A stretch of DNA of 40,468 nt from a virus (taxonomy: Duplodnaviria; Caudoviricetes), in IMG/VR virus record IMGVR_UViG_3300031949_000091, positions 1 through 40,468 of that record; one strand, 5' to 3'. Every line of letters begins with the position of its first letter. The stretch's first letter is position 1. The notes below the pieces were generated by a model. That model was not told where the DNA came from. It saw only the letters and a program-made list of their open reading frames with translations, and did not search any database. Of this stretch, positions 9,462 to 17,502 are shown piece by piece. Both the position numbers and the translations under genes were made by a program.

Positions 9462-9964
9462 TCGGTCACCCCCATCCGTTGGATTTCGCGGTCGCAATCC
9501 TCCAGGGCCTCCAGCAGGAGTTCCTGTGCCCGGGCGCCAAACTCTCGCCCCAGTGCTTGGCTGGCAGACCGCAGGATCCCGGCGATCTGGCCCAGGGCGG
9601 CGTGAATCTCGGCGCGGGGTATTAGGGTTCGTTTCCGTTCCGCCAGGTCCAGCTCGACCATGTCCGCTTTCAGCCGGCGGTAGCGTTCCAGTTGGGCGGT
9701 GTTGGGTCCCCTAAGTAGTGGGTCGCCCTCGGCGGCGGCGATCCCGCCGGTAGGGCTTTGGCTGGCGGCCCAGGCATCAATACATCCTCGCGTGTAAAAC
9801 CAGACTCGGCCGCCTTCGCGGCGGATGCAATCGGGGGGAAAGGTCGGGCGGATTGCCCGGTTAAACACGTTTTCGGACACATCGAAGACGCGCGCAGCCA
9901 GATCAGACAGGCCCAGCCAGCTCTGTAGTGCTTTTCGTTTACGGGTGGTGGGCGTGGTCGTGAT
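9458..9964 (-). CDS. terS: Terminase small subunit, Nu1-like (start probably ATC at 9964; the track starts it at 9880)
   Basis: HTH-like LSDLAARVFDVSENVFNR upstream of the track start; coiled coil LERYRRLKADMVELDLAERKRTLIP; adjacent to TerL. Confidence 0.75.
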   Translation of the reverse strand: MTTTPTTRKRKALQSWLGLSDLAARVFDVSENVFNRAIRPTFPPDCIRREGGRVWFYTRGCIDAWAASQSPTGGIAAAEGDPLLRGPNTAQLERYRRLKADMVELDLAERKRTLIPRAEIHAALGQIAGILRSASQALGREFGARAQELLLEALEDCDREIQRMGVTE

Positions 9965-9976
9965 CGCGTTGGCTCC

Positions 9977-10423
9977 CTACACTTGCCGGCGGGGCTGCTG
10001 GCGGCGCAGCAGGCCCCGGCTGGCGGGCGATAGGCCCAATTTATCCGACAGGCTGATCAGTAGGCGGGCGGCGTTGTTGGCCACAGTCAGATATGGGTTA
10101 ACCTGGGCCTCCCCGGCGGTTCCCCGGACCACCAGCCCCAGCCGGCTTACCTCGTTTTCGGCGGCAACCCAGCGGCTAAAGATCCGGCAGTACAACCCCA
10201 GCAGGTTGGCGTCCTGGCGACTGATCTGTCCGTCTAACAGTTTGCTGAGGCGTGTAAACTCCCCGGCGGCGATCGGGTCCAGGGTCTTGGGCTTGTCAGC
10301 GGCCCGCAGGGGCTGATCGGGCATCGGCGGATCGGTCCCCGGCGCGGACATCTGACCCAAACTGGCCAGGTCGGGCAGCGGCTCCACGGCTCCGCGTTTC
10401 TTAGATCCCTTCTTCGCTGGCAC
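9977..10423 (-). CDS. Terminase small subunit, P27 family
   Basis: D..LL.LYC....W......V...GLV........NPYL...........LGLSPASR signature. Confidence 0.85.
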   Translation of the reverse strand: MPAKKGSKKRGAVEPLPDLASLGQMSAPGTDPPMPDQPLRAADKPKTLDPIAAGEFTRLSKLLDGQISRQDANLLGLYCRIFSRWVAAENEVSRLGLVVRGTAGEAQVNPYLTVANNAARLLISLSDKLGLSPASRGLLRRQQPRRQV

Positions 10424-11072
10424 TGACCAGAACCTCCAGCATCCAAGCCCGGTGAAACTCCAGCAGTGCCCGGTCGTGGGTCAGCGTGAATTGTTCAATA
10501 TTGTGGCAGCTCCGCAGATTGGCGCTGCTCTCAATCACATAGGCCCCGCTGGCGGTTTCGATTAGTTGGATCTTCGCATGGCAGCGGATAGCGCGGACCC
10601 GTTGGCCCCGTGCCTCCAGTTCGGCGACCAGCCGGCGAAACGTCCGCCCGCTATCCTTCATAGATCGAAAGTAAACCGAACAGATAAAAGTCAGTTTTTG
10701 GACCTGTCCGGCGTCCAGTAGTTCGATCAGTTTGGTGGTGTTCCGCTCGTTGAAGCCCAGGGTGGCGATATTCAGCTCAGTGGCGGGTTCTTGGCCCATT
10801 CGGATTATGGCGGGGATTAGATCGAAGGCGTCGAAATTGCCACGCATTACACAATGGCACGTTTCGCCTGGCGCGGGCAGTCGGCCCAGTTGTTCGGCGG
10901 CGTTGGCCACCCGCCGCTGATCTAGAAACTGCCGGCGGGTCGGCTGGCGGCGGTGCGTCACTTCGGACCGTTCGATCTCGGCGGGTCCACCCCGGCGGGT
11001 GCGGGCGGTTTCCGTCAGGGCGGGCAGGGTGTTGGTATCGATCGTTGGCAGTTGTCCGGCCCAGTGGCTCAC
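10401..11072 (-). CDS. Phospholipase D-fold (HxK) putative nuclease
   Basis: LNIAT, CHAKIQLI, IESSANL and NIEQ motifs of single-domain PLD-like nucleases. Confidence 0.8.
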   Translation of the reverse strand: MSHWAGQLPTIDTNTLPALTETARTRRGGPAEIERSEVTHRRQPTRRQFLDQRRVANAAEQLGRLPAPGETCHCVMRGNFDAFDLIPAIIRMGQEPATELNIATLGFNERNTTKLIELLDAGQVQKLTFICSVYFRSMKDSGRTFRRLVAELEARGQRVRAIRCHAKIQLIETASGAYVIESSANLRSCHNIEQFTLTHDRALLEFHRAWMLEVLVSASEEGI

Positions 11073-11130
11073 GGTTCACCCCACCCCCACCCCGCAAAAA
11101 AGTTGCGCGCGCAAGAAACGCCAGCCATCG

Positions 11131-11169
11131 GGGGGACTTTACCCCCAGGCCCGCCCCCAGGAAGGACCC
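11131..11169 (-). other. Candidate cos packaging site (cosQ-like GGGTCCT plus dyad GGGGG-TAAAGT-CCCCC)
   Basis: Minus-strand GGGTCCT at 11169..11163 equals lambda cosQ; the dyad starts 16 nt further on; intergenic, upstream of the terminase genes. Confidence 0.5.
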
Positions 11170-11207
11170 GCCATCCTAGGTCGGTTGCTGTTCTTCGGTT
11201 GCCCACC

Positions 11208-11504
11208 TCACTGGTCACGGCGGCGCCCTCCCCGCCAGCGAACGGGGCGGCGGTCCATGCGGTCGGCCTGGACTGGGCGGGGTTCCTGGCTGTCAATTGG
11301 GTCCAGTTGGTTCAACGGCCACCAGCGGGGGCACGGGTGGCCATCCGGCGCCATGCAGACCACCAGCGCCACAAAGCCACGCTCCCGGTCCTGGCGAATA
11401 CGTTGGACCCGTCCGACCTGGCCCGTCGATCGTATCTCTACCTTGCAACCTGGCTCGTTGGTGGCTGTCTGACTAGTCTGACTGTCCGGCTTTGACTTGC
11501 TCAA
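11208..11504 (-). CDS. Hypothetical protein (possible small SH3/KOW-like barrel)
   Basis: GAGGAG RBS plus TTG; PGCKVEIRSTGQVGRV pattern. Confidence 0.6.
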   Translation of the reverse strand: MSKSKPDSQTSQTATNEPGCKVEIRSTGQVGRVQRIRQDRERGFVALVVCMAPDGHPCPRWWPLNQLDPIDSQEPRPVQADRMDRRPVRWRGGRRRDQ

Positions 11505-12679
11505 GTTCGGCTCCTCTTAGGTTTGGCAGGATTCCAGGCATATCGACCTGCCGGTCCGGATGCCTGGGTGTGCGTTGGTTCATAAATGGCAGCAGCATAT
11601 TGGCACTTTCCCGGCGGGCAGTCTGCAGCCGGCGGCGGGCTCGGGTACACCAGCGCGCGTCCTGTTCGATGCCGACCGCTTGGCGGCCCAGTTGCCAGGC
11701 GGCCAATAGGGTGGATCCGGCCCCCGGCGAACGGATCTAGAACCAGGTTGTCCTGCCGGCTAGAAACCTCAATAGCGTGGCGCAGCAGGTCGATCGGCTT
11801 CTGGGCGGGATGTTTGCCCGGCTGTGGGGCGACCGGCTGAAACTCCCAAACGTCCGTATAAGGCACGGCGGGCGAGACCAGGAACGGGCGGCGGGTATCC
11901 AGCAGGTCCACCCGCCGGCGGTTAAACTCGTTCACCCGGGCACAATACTGCCGGACCAGTTCGCCCCAATCGCAAGCCAGATATGGCGGGGCCCCTTGGG
12001 ATCTGCCGCGGTTGAACAGGGCCCGCAGCCGCTCATAGTGCTCGCGGGTCGGTAATTGCCACTGTGACCGGCTGAAGTAATGGTTGGACGCCATAGTGGC
12101 CACCCCGCAGGCGTCGTTACATTCCTGGCGGCTGATCCCCGCGGCGACCCGTTCGCGGTCCAGATAGGCCCGCAGCGGTTCCATGATTTCGGCCCGCAGT
12201 TGCCGGCTCGCCCCCAGAAATCGGGACTTGTCCGTTTCTAGTTCGGCCCCGGGCTGCTCGGCAAATATGATGTACTCGCACCGGCTAAAGTAGGCCCGCA
12301 GGGCGGACTTGTCGGCACCTGCCCACTTGCCCCGGCTTTCGGCGGGCCCCTTTACCCAGCAGATCCGGTTCAATATCCGCCAGGACCGTCCGATCGCCAT
12401 CTCGACACCGGCGGCCATCCGGGGCGATGCAAACCAGTACAGGCTGGCGGTGGCCTTGCAGACCCGCCCCAGTTCGGCGGCGACCTGCCCGACCCACTCC
12501 AGATAACTCTGCGGGGTCGGCCAGGCCCGGTCCCAGGCGTCACTTTTAACGCGATAATAAGGCGGGTCGGTTACCACCAAGTCGATCAGATCGGGGGCCA
12601 TGCGGGCCAGCAGGGGCAGCGCATCGGCATGATAAAGCCAGACCCCCTGCTCGGCGAAACATGATCCAGCTGGCAACAC
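11473..12679 (-). pseudogene. N6-A/N4-C DNA methyltransferase with inserted HTH-like segment, frameshifted in the SAM-binding motif
   Basis: DPPY, DVW, HPAQKP, VLDPFAG in ORF 11501..12679; the continuation GSTLLAAWQLGRQAVGIE is in another frame (ORF 11473..11706); break at a G5 run (11721..11725). Confidence 0.85.
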
Positions 12680-12745
12680 CCTACAGGCTCCCGTTGATCC
12701 AGTCTAAAAGGCTGTAGCAGCCCTCCAGCACTAGCAGAATGAGCA

Positions 12746-13261
12746 CTACAGCGAAGAACCAGCGGGTGGGCGCGGGTCTGGCGGGCTCGGGCGGGGCGGG
12801 GCCATCGGCGGCGGAAATTCGGCGGGATCTGGGGTGTAGTAGCGGTTCTTGATTTCTAGGACTTTGACCGCAGTTCCGGCATTCTCTTGGTGGTCTTCCA
12901 CACACTTATCAAAGCCCTCCGCAGCCGCGGGATGCTTTTTCTGTAGCAGTTCGCGGCCCTTTTGAATCGACAGAACGACGTCGCGGAGTATCTGCCCGAA
13001 GCGATGGGACCGCCAGGCCAAACCTAGACCGACCAGCCAACCGACCCCCAGCAGTCCGCCGATCGCTTCGGTCAGCCCCGGACCGGCGGTATCGGCGGCG
13101 GTGGTCAGGCGCTCGGCAATTGTGGAACTATCGGGCGCGGGTTGACTGGCGGGCGCAATGTCGGGCGGCGGCGTGGGCAGCGGCGATTGGCCCAGGTCCA
13201 CCCGCAGCGTGCAGCCGGCGGGGATCAGGGCCAGGCAGATTGTCAGCAGGGCGCGGGTCAT
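12746..13261 (-). CDS. Lipoprotein with internal transmembrane helix (spanin-like topology)
   Basis: MTRALLTICLALIPAGC signal/lipobox-like, Pro-rich linker, TM AIGGLLGVGWLVGLGLAW. Confidence 0.65.
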   Translation of the reverse strand: MTRALLTICLALIPAGCTLRVDLGQSPLPTPPPDIAPASQPAPDSSTIAERLTTAADTAGPGLTEAIGGLLGVGWLVGLGLAWRSHRFGQILRDVVLSIQKGRELLQKKHPAAAEGFDKCVEDHQENAGTAVKVLEIKNRYYTPDPAEFPPPMAPPRPSPPDPRPPAGSSL

Positions 13262-13272
13262 GGAACGCTTTA

Positions 13273-13365
13273 CTACCACAACATCCCTTGGCCCGAGTCG
13301 ATGCATCCGCCCAGCGCCGTCAGGATCGCCAAAATCGGTGCATACAACGCTAGTACCGTTGCCAT
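13273..13365 (-). CDS. 30-aa lipopeptide precursor
   Basis: Below track cutoff. AGGAGG RBS, MATVLALYAPILAILTALGGCIDSGQGMLW, lipobox LGGC. Confidence 0.65.
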   Translation of the reverse strand: MATVLALYAPILAILTALGGCIDSGQGMLW

Positions 13366-13409
13366 TTAAGACCTCCTGTTCTGCATTCCCCCTGCCTTGC
13401 CCGTGAACC

Positions 13410-13826
13410 TCATTCCGTCACGGGTTGCGTGCTTGCCGGCTGTGATGCTGGATCCAGCACGGGGGGATCCAAACCCTGTTGGTGGGCCAGTATTCTCAGT
13501 AGAACATCGCTTTGTTGCTGCAAGCCGGCCGCCTGGGTTTTGATTAGTGCCAGCAACTCATCAGCAGAAACGCTCGTTTCGCTCGTTGGGTTCACCCGAA
13601 TGCCGGCTTTCACCTTGCCGGGCGCCCCCAATAACACGGTCGAGCCCTGCTCCATGCCGAGATTCGTCGCACTCTCCCAAGCAACCTCACCGCCGCTGTT
13701 CGTATCCTTTACGCCCTGGATGCCTGCGTTGAGGATCTTGATCTGATCGTCCACAGGCATCCCCTTACAACCCGTCAGCCCCGCCATGATCGACCAGCCC
13801 GCCAGAATGCACAGTAGCACCCTCAT
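13410..13826 (-). CDS. Lipoprotein
   Basis: AGGAGG RBS; MRVLLCILAGWSIMAGLTGC lipobox; C-terminal coiled coil. Confidence 0.75.
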   Translation of the reverse strand: MRVLLCILAGWSIMAGLTGCKGMPVDDQIKILNAGIQGVKDTNSGGEVAWESATNLGMEQGSTVLLGAPGKVKAGIRVNPTSETSVSADELLALIKTQAAGLQQQSDVLLRILAHQQGLDPPVLDPASQPASTQPVTE

Positions 13827-13827
13827 A

Positions 13828-14106
13828 TCAGCCTCCTGCCCTTATGGGCTTTCGACCCGCCAACCGGCGGGCAATGTCAAGATCGACCGCGCGGCCAGGG
13901 TCCGTCCCTGGCAGGTGGCGCGGCGGTCGGCAGTTGCAATTACTGATCACCCGGTCTGGCTCTACTTGGTGAACCAGGCAGGTGAACGTGTCGGCGGGCT
14001 CATTGGCCCGCACAAACGGATCGGCTTGCTGGCGGGTCCGCGCGGGGATTGAATGGGTTTGTGACACCAGCAGGCTCGGCGGTGGTGGTGGCGGCACGTA
14101 ACCCAT
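13828..14106 (-). CDS. Hypothetical protein
   Basis: Fills the gap; TGATG coupling upstream, stop 1 nt from the next start. Confidence 0.5.
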   Translation of the reverse strand: MGYVPPPPPPSLLVSQTHSIPARTRQQADPFVRANEPADTFTCLVHQVEPDRVISNCNCRPPRHLPGTDPGRAVDLDIARRLAGRKPIRAGG

Positions 14107-14237
14107 CAATCACCCCAAAACCAGATCTCAGTCAGAATCGACCGGACCCCGGCGGTTAAATGACCATGACCCAGCAGGCCCATCAGTAGACAGCCCGCGG
14201 CAATCGGCAATAGGCCCATCAGTAGGTCTTTGGTCAT
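14106..14237 (-). CDS. Small membrane protein (43 aa)
   Basis: GAGG RBS, ATGA overlap, hydrophobic LLMGLLPIAAGCLLMGLL. Confidence 0.55.
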   Translation of the reverse strand: MTKDLLMGLLPIAAGCLLMGLLGHGHLTAGVRSILTEIWFWGD

Positions 14238-14665
14238 GGTATGACCTCGGCCCCACGCGGCGCGTTTTGGTGGGTGGGTGGGGTTGCGTGGGGCCTTGCG
14301 TATGCGTTCGATGTTTTTGGGCGTTCGGCGGCGGCTTGTGGCGTGGGGATTTGGCCTAGGCGGCCTCGCAGGTGGTCCAGCACCAGCGGTGCCGCAAACC
14401 ACCCCAAAAGCATAACAAGGACGCTCCACAGAACCGCCGTGTTGCGGGCTCGGGCCCGTAGGTTCGCCTGGCAGACCTGCTGGCGGACATAAATATCCTG
14501 TAGGCTCTTACTCATTTTCGGAATATCGCGGGTGCGTTCACTGAGTCGGCCTAGCCGGCGGTTTTGTTCGCTGATGCGGTCGTGAATCTGCGCAACAGCC
14601 TGCAATATCCGACCGTTGCCAGGTTCGGCGTTTTGTGGCGGCTGGCTGGTTGGCTGCCGGCTCAT
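14234..14665 (-). CDS. Coiled-coil plus single-TM protein, holin-like candidate
   Basis: ATG at 14665 after AAAGGGG; coiled coil then TM VLWSVLVMLLGWFAAPLVL. Confidence 0.55.
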   Translation of the reverse strand: MSRQPTSQPPQNAEPGNGRILQAVAQIHDRISEQNRRLGRLSERTRDIPKMSKSLQDIYVRQQVCQANLRARARNTAVLWSVLVMLLGWFAAPLVLDHLRGRLGQIPTPQAAAERPKTSNAYARPHATPPTHQNAPRGAEVIP

Positions 14666-14756
14666 TCGTTGCCCTTTGGCGGCGTCCAGTTTCACATTCC
14701 CAGATACCCGCCCGACCAGGGCGGGTCTAGTTGGGGTTTCCAGGCACTGGAAAACA

Positions 14757-14954
14757 CCACTCACAGCCGTCGGCTGTTGTGCTGTTGTTGTTTGTTTCAA
14801 TGGTTAGCTTCATCAATATATTGGCGCGGCCACTTCTGTCCGCCCTTAGCGGTCAGTTCTGTCCGGGGGCTGTGAGTAACTAGGCCCTGATCTGTGAGTA
14901 AATCCGGGCGATCTGTTAGTGGATCGGCCCCGCGGGGCGGGGCTCTGTGAATTG
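14757..14954. repeat. Candidate replication origin: four phased iterons, AT-rich tract, one inverted copy
   Basis: CTGTGAGTAA at 14870 and 14892, CTGTTAGTGG at 14913, CTGTGAATTG at 14945; AT-rich tract about 14775..14822; inverted CCACTCACAG at 14757..14766. Confidence 0.6.
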
Positions 14955-15222
14955 TTGGGGCCTGGACCCGATAGGTCTGCCGCTGGGCTCCAGCCAGCTG
15001 GGCGGCCTCGACCTGGACCACCCCAGCGGTCACCAGTTCGCCCAGCCAGCGGCGGATCTGCCGGCTGGACCGGCCCAGGTCTCGCCCGATAGTTGCTTCG
15101 GTCGGCCAGGCAGCGCTGTTATTGCCCTGGCGGTCCAGCAGATAGGCCCATAGCAGCCGCGGACCAGGGCCCACGTGGGCGGTCCGTAGGATCGCCCGGA
15201 TTTGTGCCAATAGGGGGGGCAT
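14797..15222 (-). CDS. Winged-HTH replication initiator-like protein (HTH_36-type N-terminus)
   Basis: RLLWAYL...AWPTEATIGRDLGRSSRQIRRWLGELVTAG; iterons in its 3' half. Confidence 0.7.
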   Translation of the reverse strand: MPPLLAQIRAILRTAHVGPGPRLLWAYLLDRQGNNSAAWPTEATIGRDLGRSSRQIRRWLGELVTAGVVQVEAAQLAGAQRQTYRVQAPTIHRAPPRGADPLTDRPDLLTDQGLVTHSPRTELTAKGGQKWPRQYIDEANH

Positions 15223-15229
15223 CGGTTAG

Positions 15230-16078
15230 TTAGCCGTTGTCCTTGTTCCGCGCTCCCACAGAAATGGGCAGTTCACTGTATGGGTCACCGCCGACGATAG
15301 GCGGCAGATCCTCCATGCCGTAGAGTTTCAGCAGATCGGTCAGGGAGCCAGCGATCGCCTCTTGGGTGGATAGCATGGCACAGTCCAGGTCCATGGGCAG
15401 CGGAATCAGCCCAAACTCGGCGACCTCACAGATAACAGCCGCGCGGACCGCCTGGCGTGCGATCTCAGGCACGTCCCTAAAGATGTTGACCTCGAGGCTG
15501 ATCTGTTCGGGGATCGGCTTGTTGCCGGCGGTGGTCGCCAGGCTGGCTTGCTTGCCCAGGGATTCCTTCCCGACCCCGACCTCGTGGTCTGCCAGACTGC
15601 TGGCGGACACCCGGATCTGGCGGATCAGGGCCACAAAATCGTCGTCGACACACCCGGCCAGGTCGGTCCGCAGGATGTCCAGAAACTCGCGCTGTTTGTA
15701 CAATCTGCGGTCTTTTTCCATACGAGTCAGCAGGTCCCAGACCCCAGTAGTGGTTAGCTTCATGCTCAGTTGAACCACCCGGTGCGCGCCCTCGTCGATG
15801 ATAGCGGTGATCCAGCGGCGGCCCACAAATATCATCGCCTCACTGCGCGGCGCCACTTCCGCCCGCCGGCATATCTCGACAGTGGCAGCGGCCACGGCAT
15901 CCAGCCCGCTAAGTTGGTAGTTCCGCGGCGGATAGTCCGGCGTCCGCCAGACTGTGGACCCGTCCGGCATCTGGATCAGGTACGGCGCGCCCGGGCAGTC
16001 GGCCTTTACAACCACCCTGGCCCTGCCGGCGGCGAGAATGGTGTTTGTCAGCGCTTCAAAGGCTTTGGCTTCGATCAT
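15230..16078 (-). CDS. DUF2303/YfdQ-like phage protein
   Basis: Size, QREFLDILR and IPEQISLEVNIF patterns, and coupling to the usual small upstream partner; recalled similarity only. Confidence 0.5.
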   Translation of the reverse strand: MIEAKAFEALTNTILAAGRARVVVKADCPGAPYLIQMPDGSTVWRTPDYPPRNYQLSGLDAVAAATVEICRRAEVAPRSEAMIFVGRRWITAIIDEGAHRVVQLSMKLTTTGVWDLLTRMEKDRRLYKQREFLDILRTDLAGCVDDDFVALIRQIRVSASSLADHEVGVGKESLGKQASLATTAGNKPIPEQISLEVNIFRDVPEIARQAVRAAVICEVAEFGLIPLPMDLDCAMLSTQEAIAGSLTDLLKLYGMEDLPPIVGGDPYSELPISVGARNKDNG

Positions 16079-16713
16079 AGTGATCCTTGCTCCTTGTTCT
16101 GTCCGAGTTCGTCCAGGGTCATCTGGTTGGCGTTCTCGGGGGCCTCAGAGTTGAACACCAGTTCCGCAGCGGTGCTGGTTTTCATGCTGTACTCGCGCGT
16201 TTGGCGGTGCGGCACCTTGGACCTGATCTGCAGTTGGACCTGGCAGGTTTCGGCGGTTCCATGCTCGACCTGCTCGGGCTTGACCAGAACGGTGAGGGTG
16301 ACCGATCGGTTGGTTGGGTCGTTCGGGCGGTCTTGCACGTCGGCGACCACCTTGTCCAGTTCCGCCTGAAAGGCGCTCTCCGCCTTGCCAAAGTCCAGAT
16401 CTTTAAGCGTCCCCAGCGTCAGTTTCTGTCGCATCGTTTTTGGCTCCTGTATTGTGTCCGCCGGTTGGGCGGGCTGTTGGTGGGGTGATAATAGCGCGCA
16501 GGGTGTGGGCCCGGCCGCCGGCTGGCGGTGTACGGCTGTCGATTCGGATCTGACATTGGGCGGTGTCCCCATGACCGTCCGCGGGGCGGGGTTTTCGGGG
16601 CGGTCGCGTATATCCGCCAGTTGCTCGGCGACCTCGTACCAAAACGGCTGAAAGATCGGGTTGTTGCGGATGAACTGGTCGGCGGAAATTATTTGCGCGG
16701 CCGCGCTGCTCAT
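16075..16713 (-). CDS. Conserved phage protein, partner of the DUF2303-like gene; two in-frame starts (16713 and 16434)
   Basis: AGGAG plus ATG at both positions; the C-terminal 119 aa have the F..EL..V..D..D....RSVTLT...KP pattern. Confidence 0.65.
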   Translation of the reverse strand: MSSAAAQIISADQFIRNNPIFQPFWYEVAEQLADIRDRPENPAPRTVMGTPPNVRSESTAVHRQPAAGPTPCALLSPHQQPAQPADTIQEPKTMRQKLTLGTLKDLDFGKAESAFQAELDKVVADVQDRPNDPTNRSVTLTVLVKPEQVEHGTAETCQVQLQIRSKVPHRQTREYSMKTSTAAELVFNSEAPENANQMTLDELGQNKEQGSL

Positions 16714-16715
16714 GT

Positions 16716-17288
16716 CTATCTCCTGGGCGGGGCCATATTGCCCCGCGGGGCGCCTTCCAAAACGCGGGCAATTGTCAATTGGGCCCCCGGGTGCCCCTGG
16801 GCGGCGGTATGCGTTCCGCCCGGGGGCGGCTCCGGGTCGCGGGTTGGTGGCGCTGGCCCAGCGCCACCCGCGGGGCCCTGGCGCTGGGCGCTGGGGGGTT
16901 GGATTCTGGTATGTTGCGGTTTGGGTGGTGTCGCCCGGTCCTGCCGGCCGCCGCGCAGCAGCTCGGCTAGCCCTTGGGCGTTCAAGGCATAGACCCAGAC
17001 GTCGCGGTGGGTTTCGTGGTCCCAGCGCTTCGCCGACAGAACCAGCACCAGCGGCGGCCATGGCCAGCGGCGCCCTTTTGTGGGGTGGTTCTCATTCAGG
17101 AGTTCGCTAATCCTGCCGGTCACCCGGTTAATCGGCCAGACGCGCAGGCCAAGGGCTCGGGCGATCCTGTCGGCGATCTGGCGGGCGGTGGCGGGGCCAG
17201 GTTGTAGGGCTTGCAGAATTTGCAGCCGGCGATCGGCGATTATCGGGCGTAGGGCCTCCAGGCTTTGCTCGCGGGTGACGCTATACAC
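16716..17288 (-). CDS. Winged-HTH DNA-binding protein
   Basis: RLQILQALQPGPATARQIA...INRVTGRISEL. Confidence 0.65.
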   Translation of the reverse strand: MYSVTREQSLEALRPIIADRRLQILQALQPGPATARQIADRIARALGLRVWPINRVTGRISELLNENHPTKGRRWPWPPLVLVLSAKRWDHETHRDVWVYALNAQGLAELLRGGRQDRATPPKPQHTRIQPPSAQRQGPAGGAGPAPPTRDPEPPPGGTHTAAQGHPGAQLTIARVLEGAPRGNMAPPRR

Positions 17289-17502
17289 TGGCCAGGACCT
17301 CCCTGGGCGGTTGGTGGCGGACTTGATGGGGGCTGCAGACTAGAACACCGCCCGGCGCTCCAGGGTGTGCAAAAACGAAAGCCAGGGCAGTGGTTTGTCG
17401 CGTCAGGTGGACATAGATCTGTTCGATCGGTCCGGCTGTCCACTGCCCGCAATGCTCAAACCAGACCCGCTCCCCTATGTTGTATGGGATCTTAATGTCC
17501 AC
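17281..17502 (-). CDS. Hypothetical protein (73 aa)
   Basis: AGGAGG plus GTG at 17502; IPYNIGERVWF start. Confidence 0.6.
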   Translation of the reverse strand: MDIKIPYNIGERVWFEHCGQWTAGPIEQIYVHLTRQTTALAFVFAHPGAPGGVLVCSPHQVRHQPPREVLASV

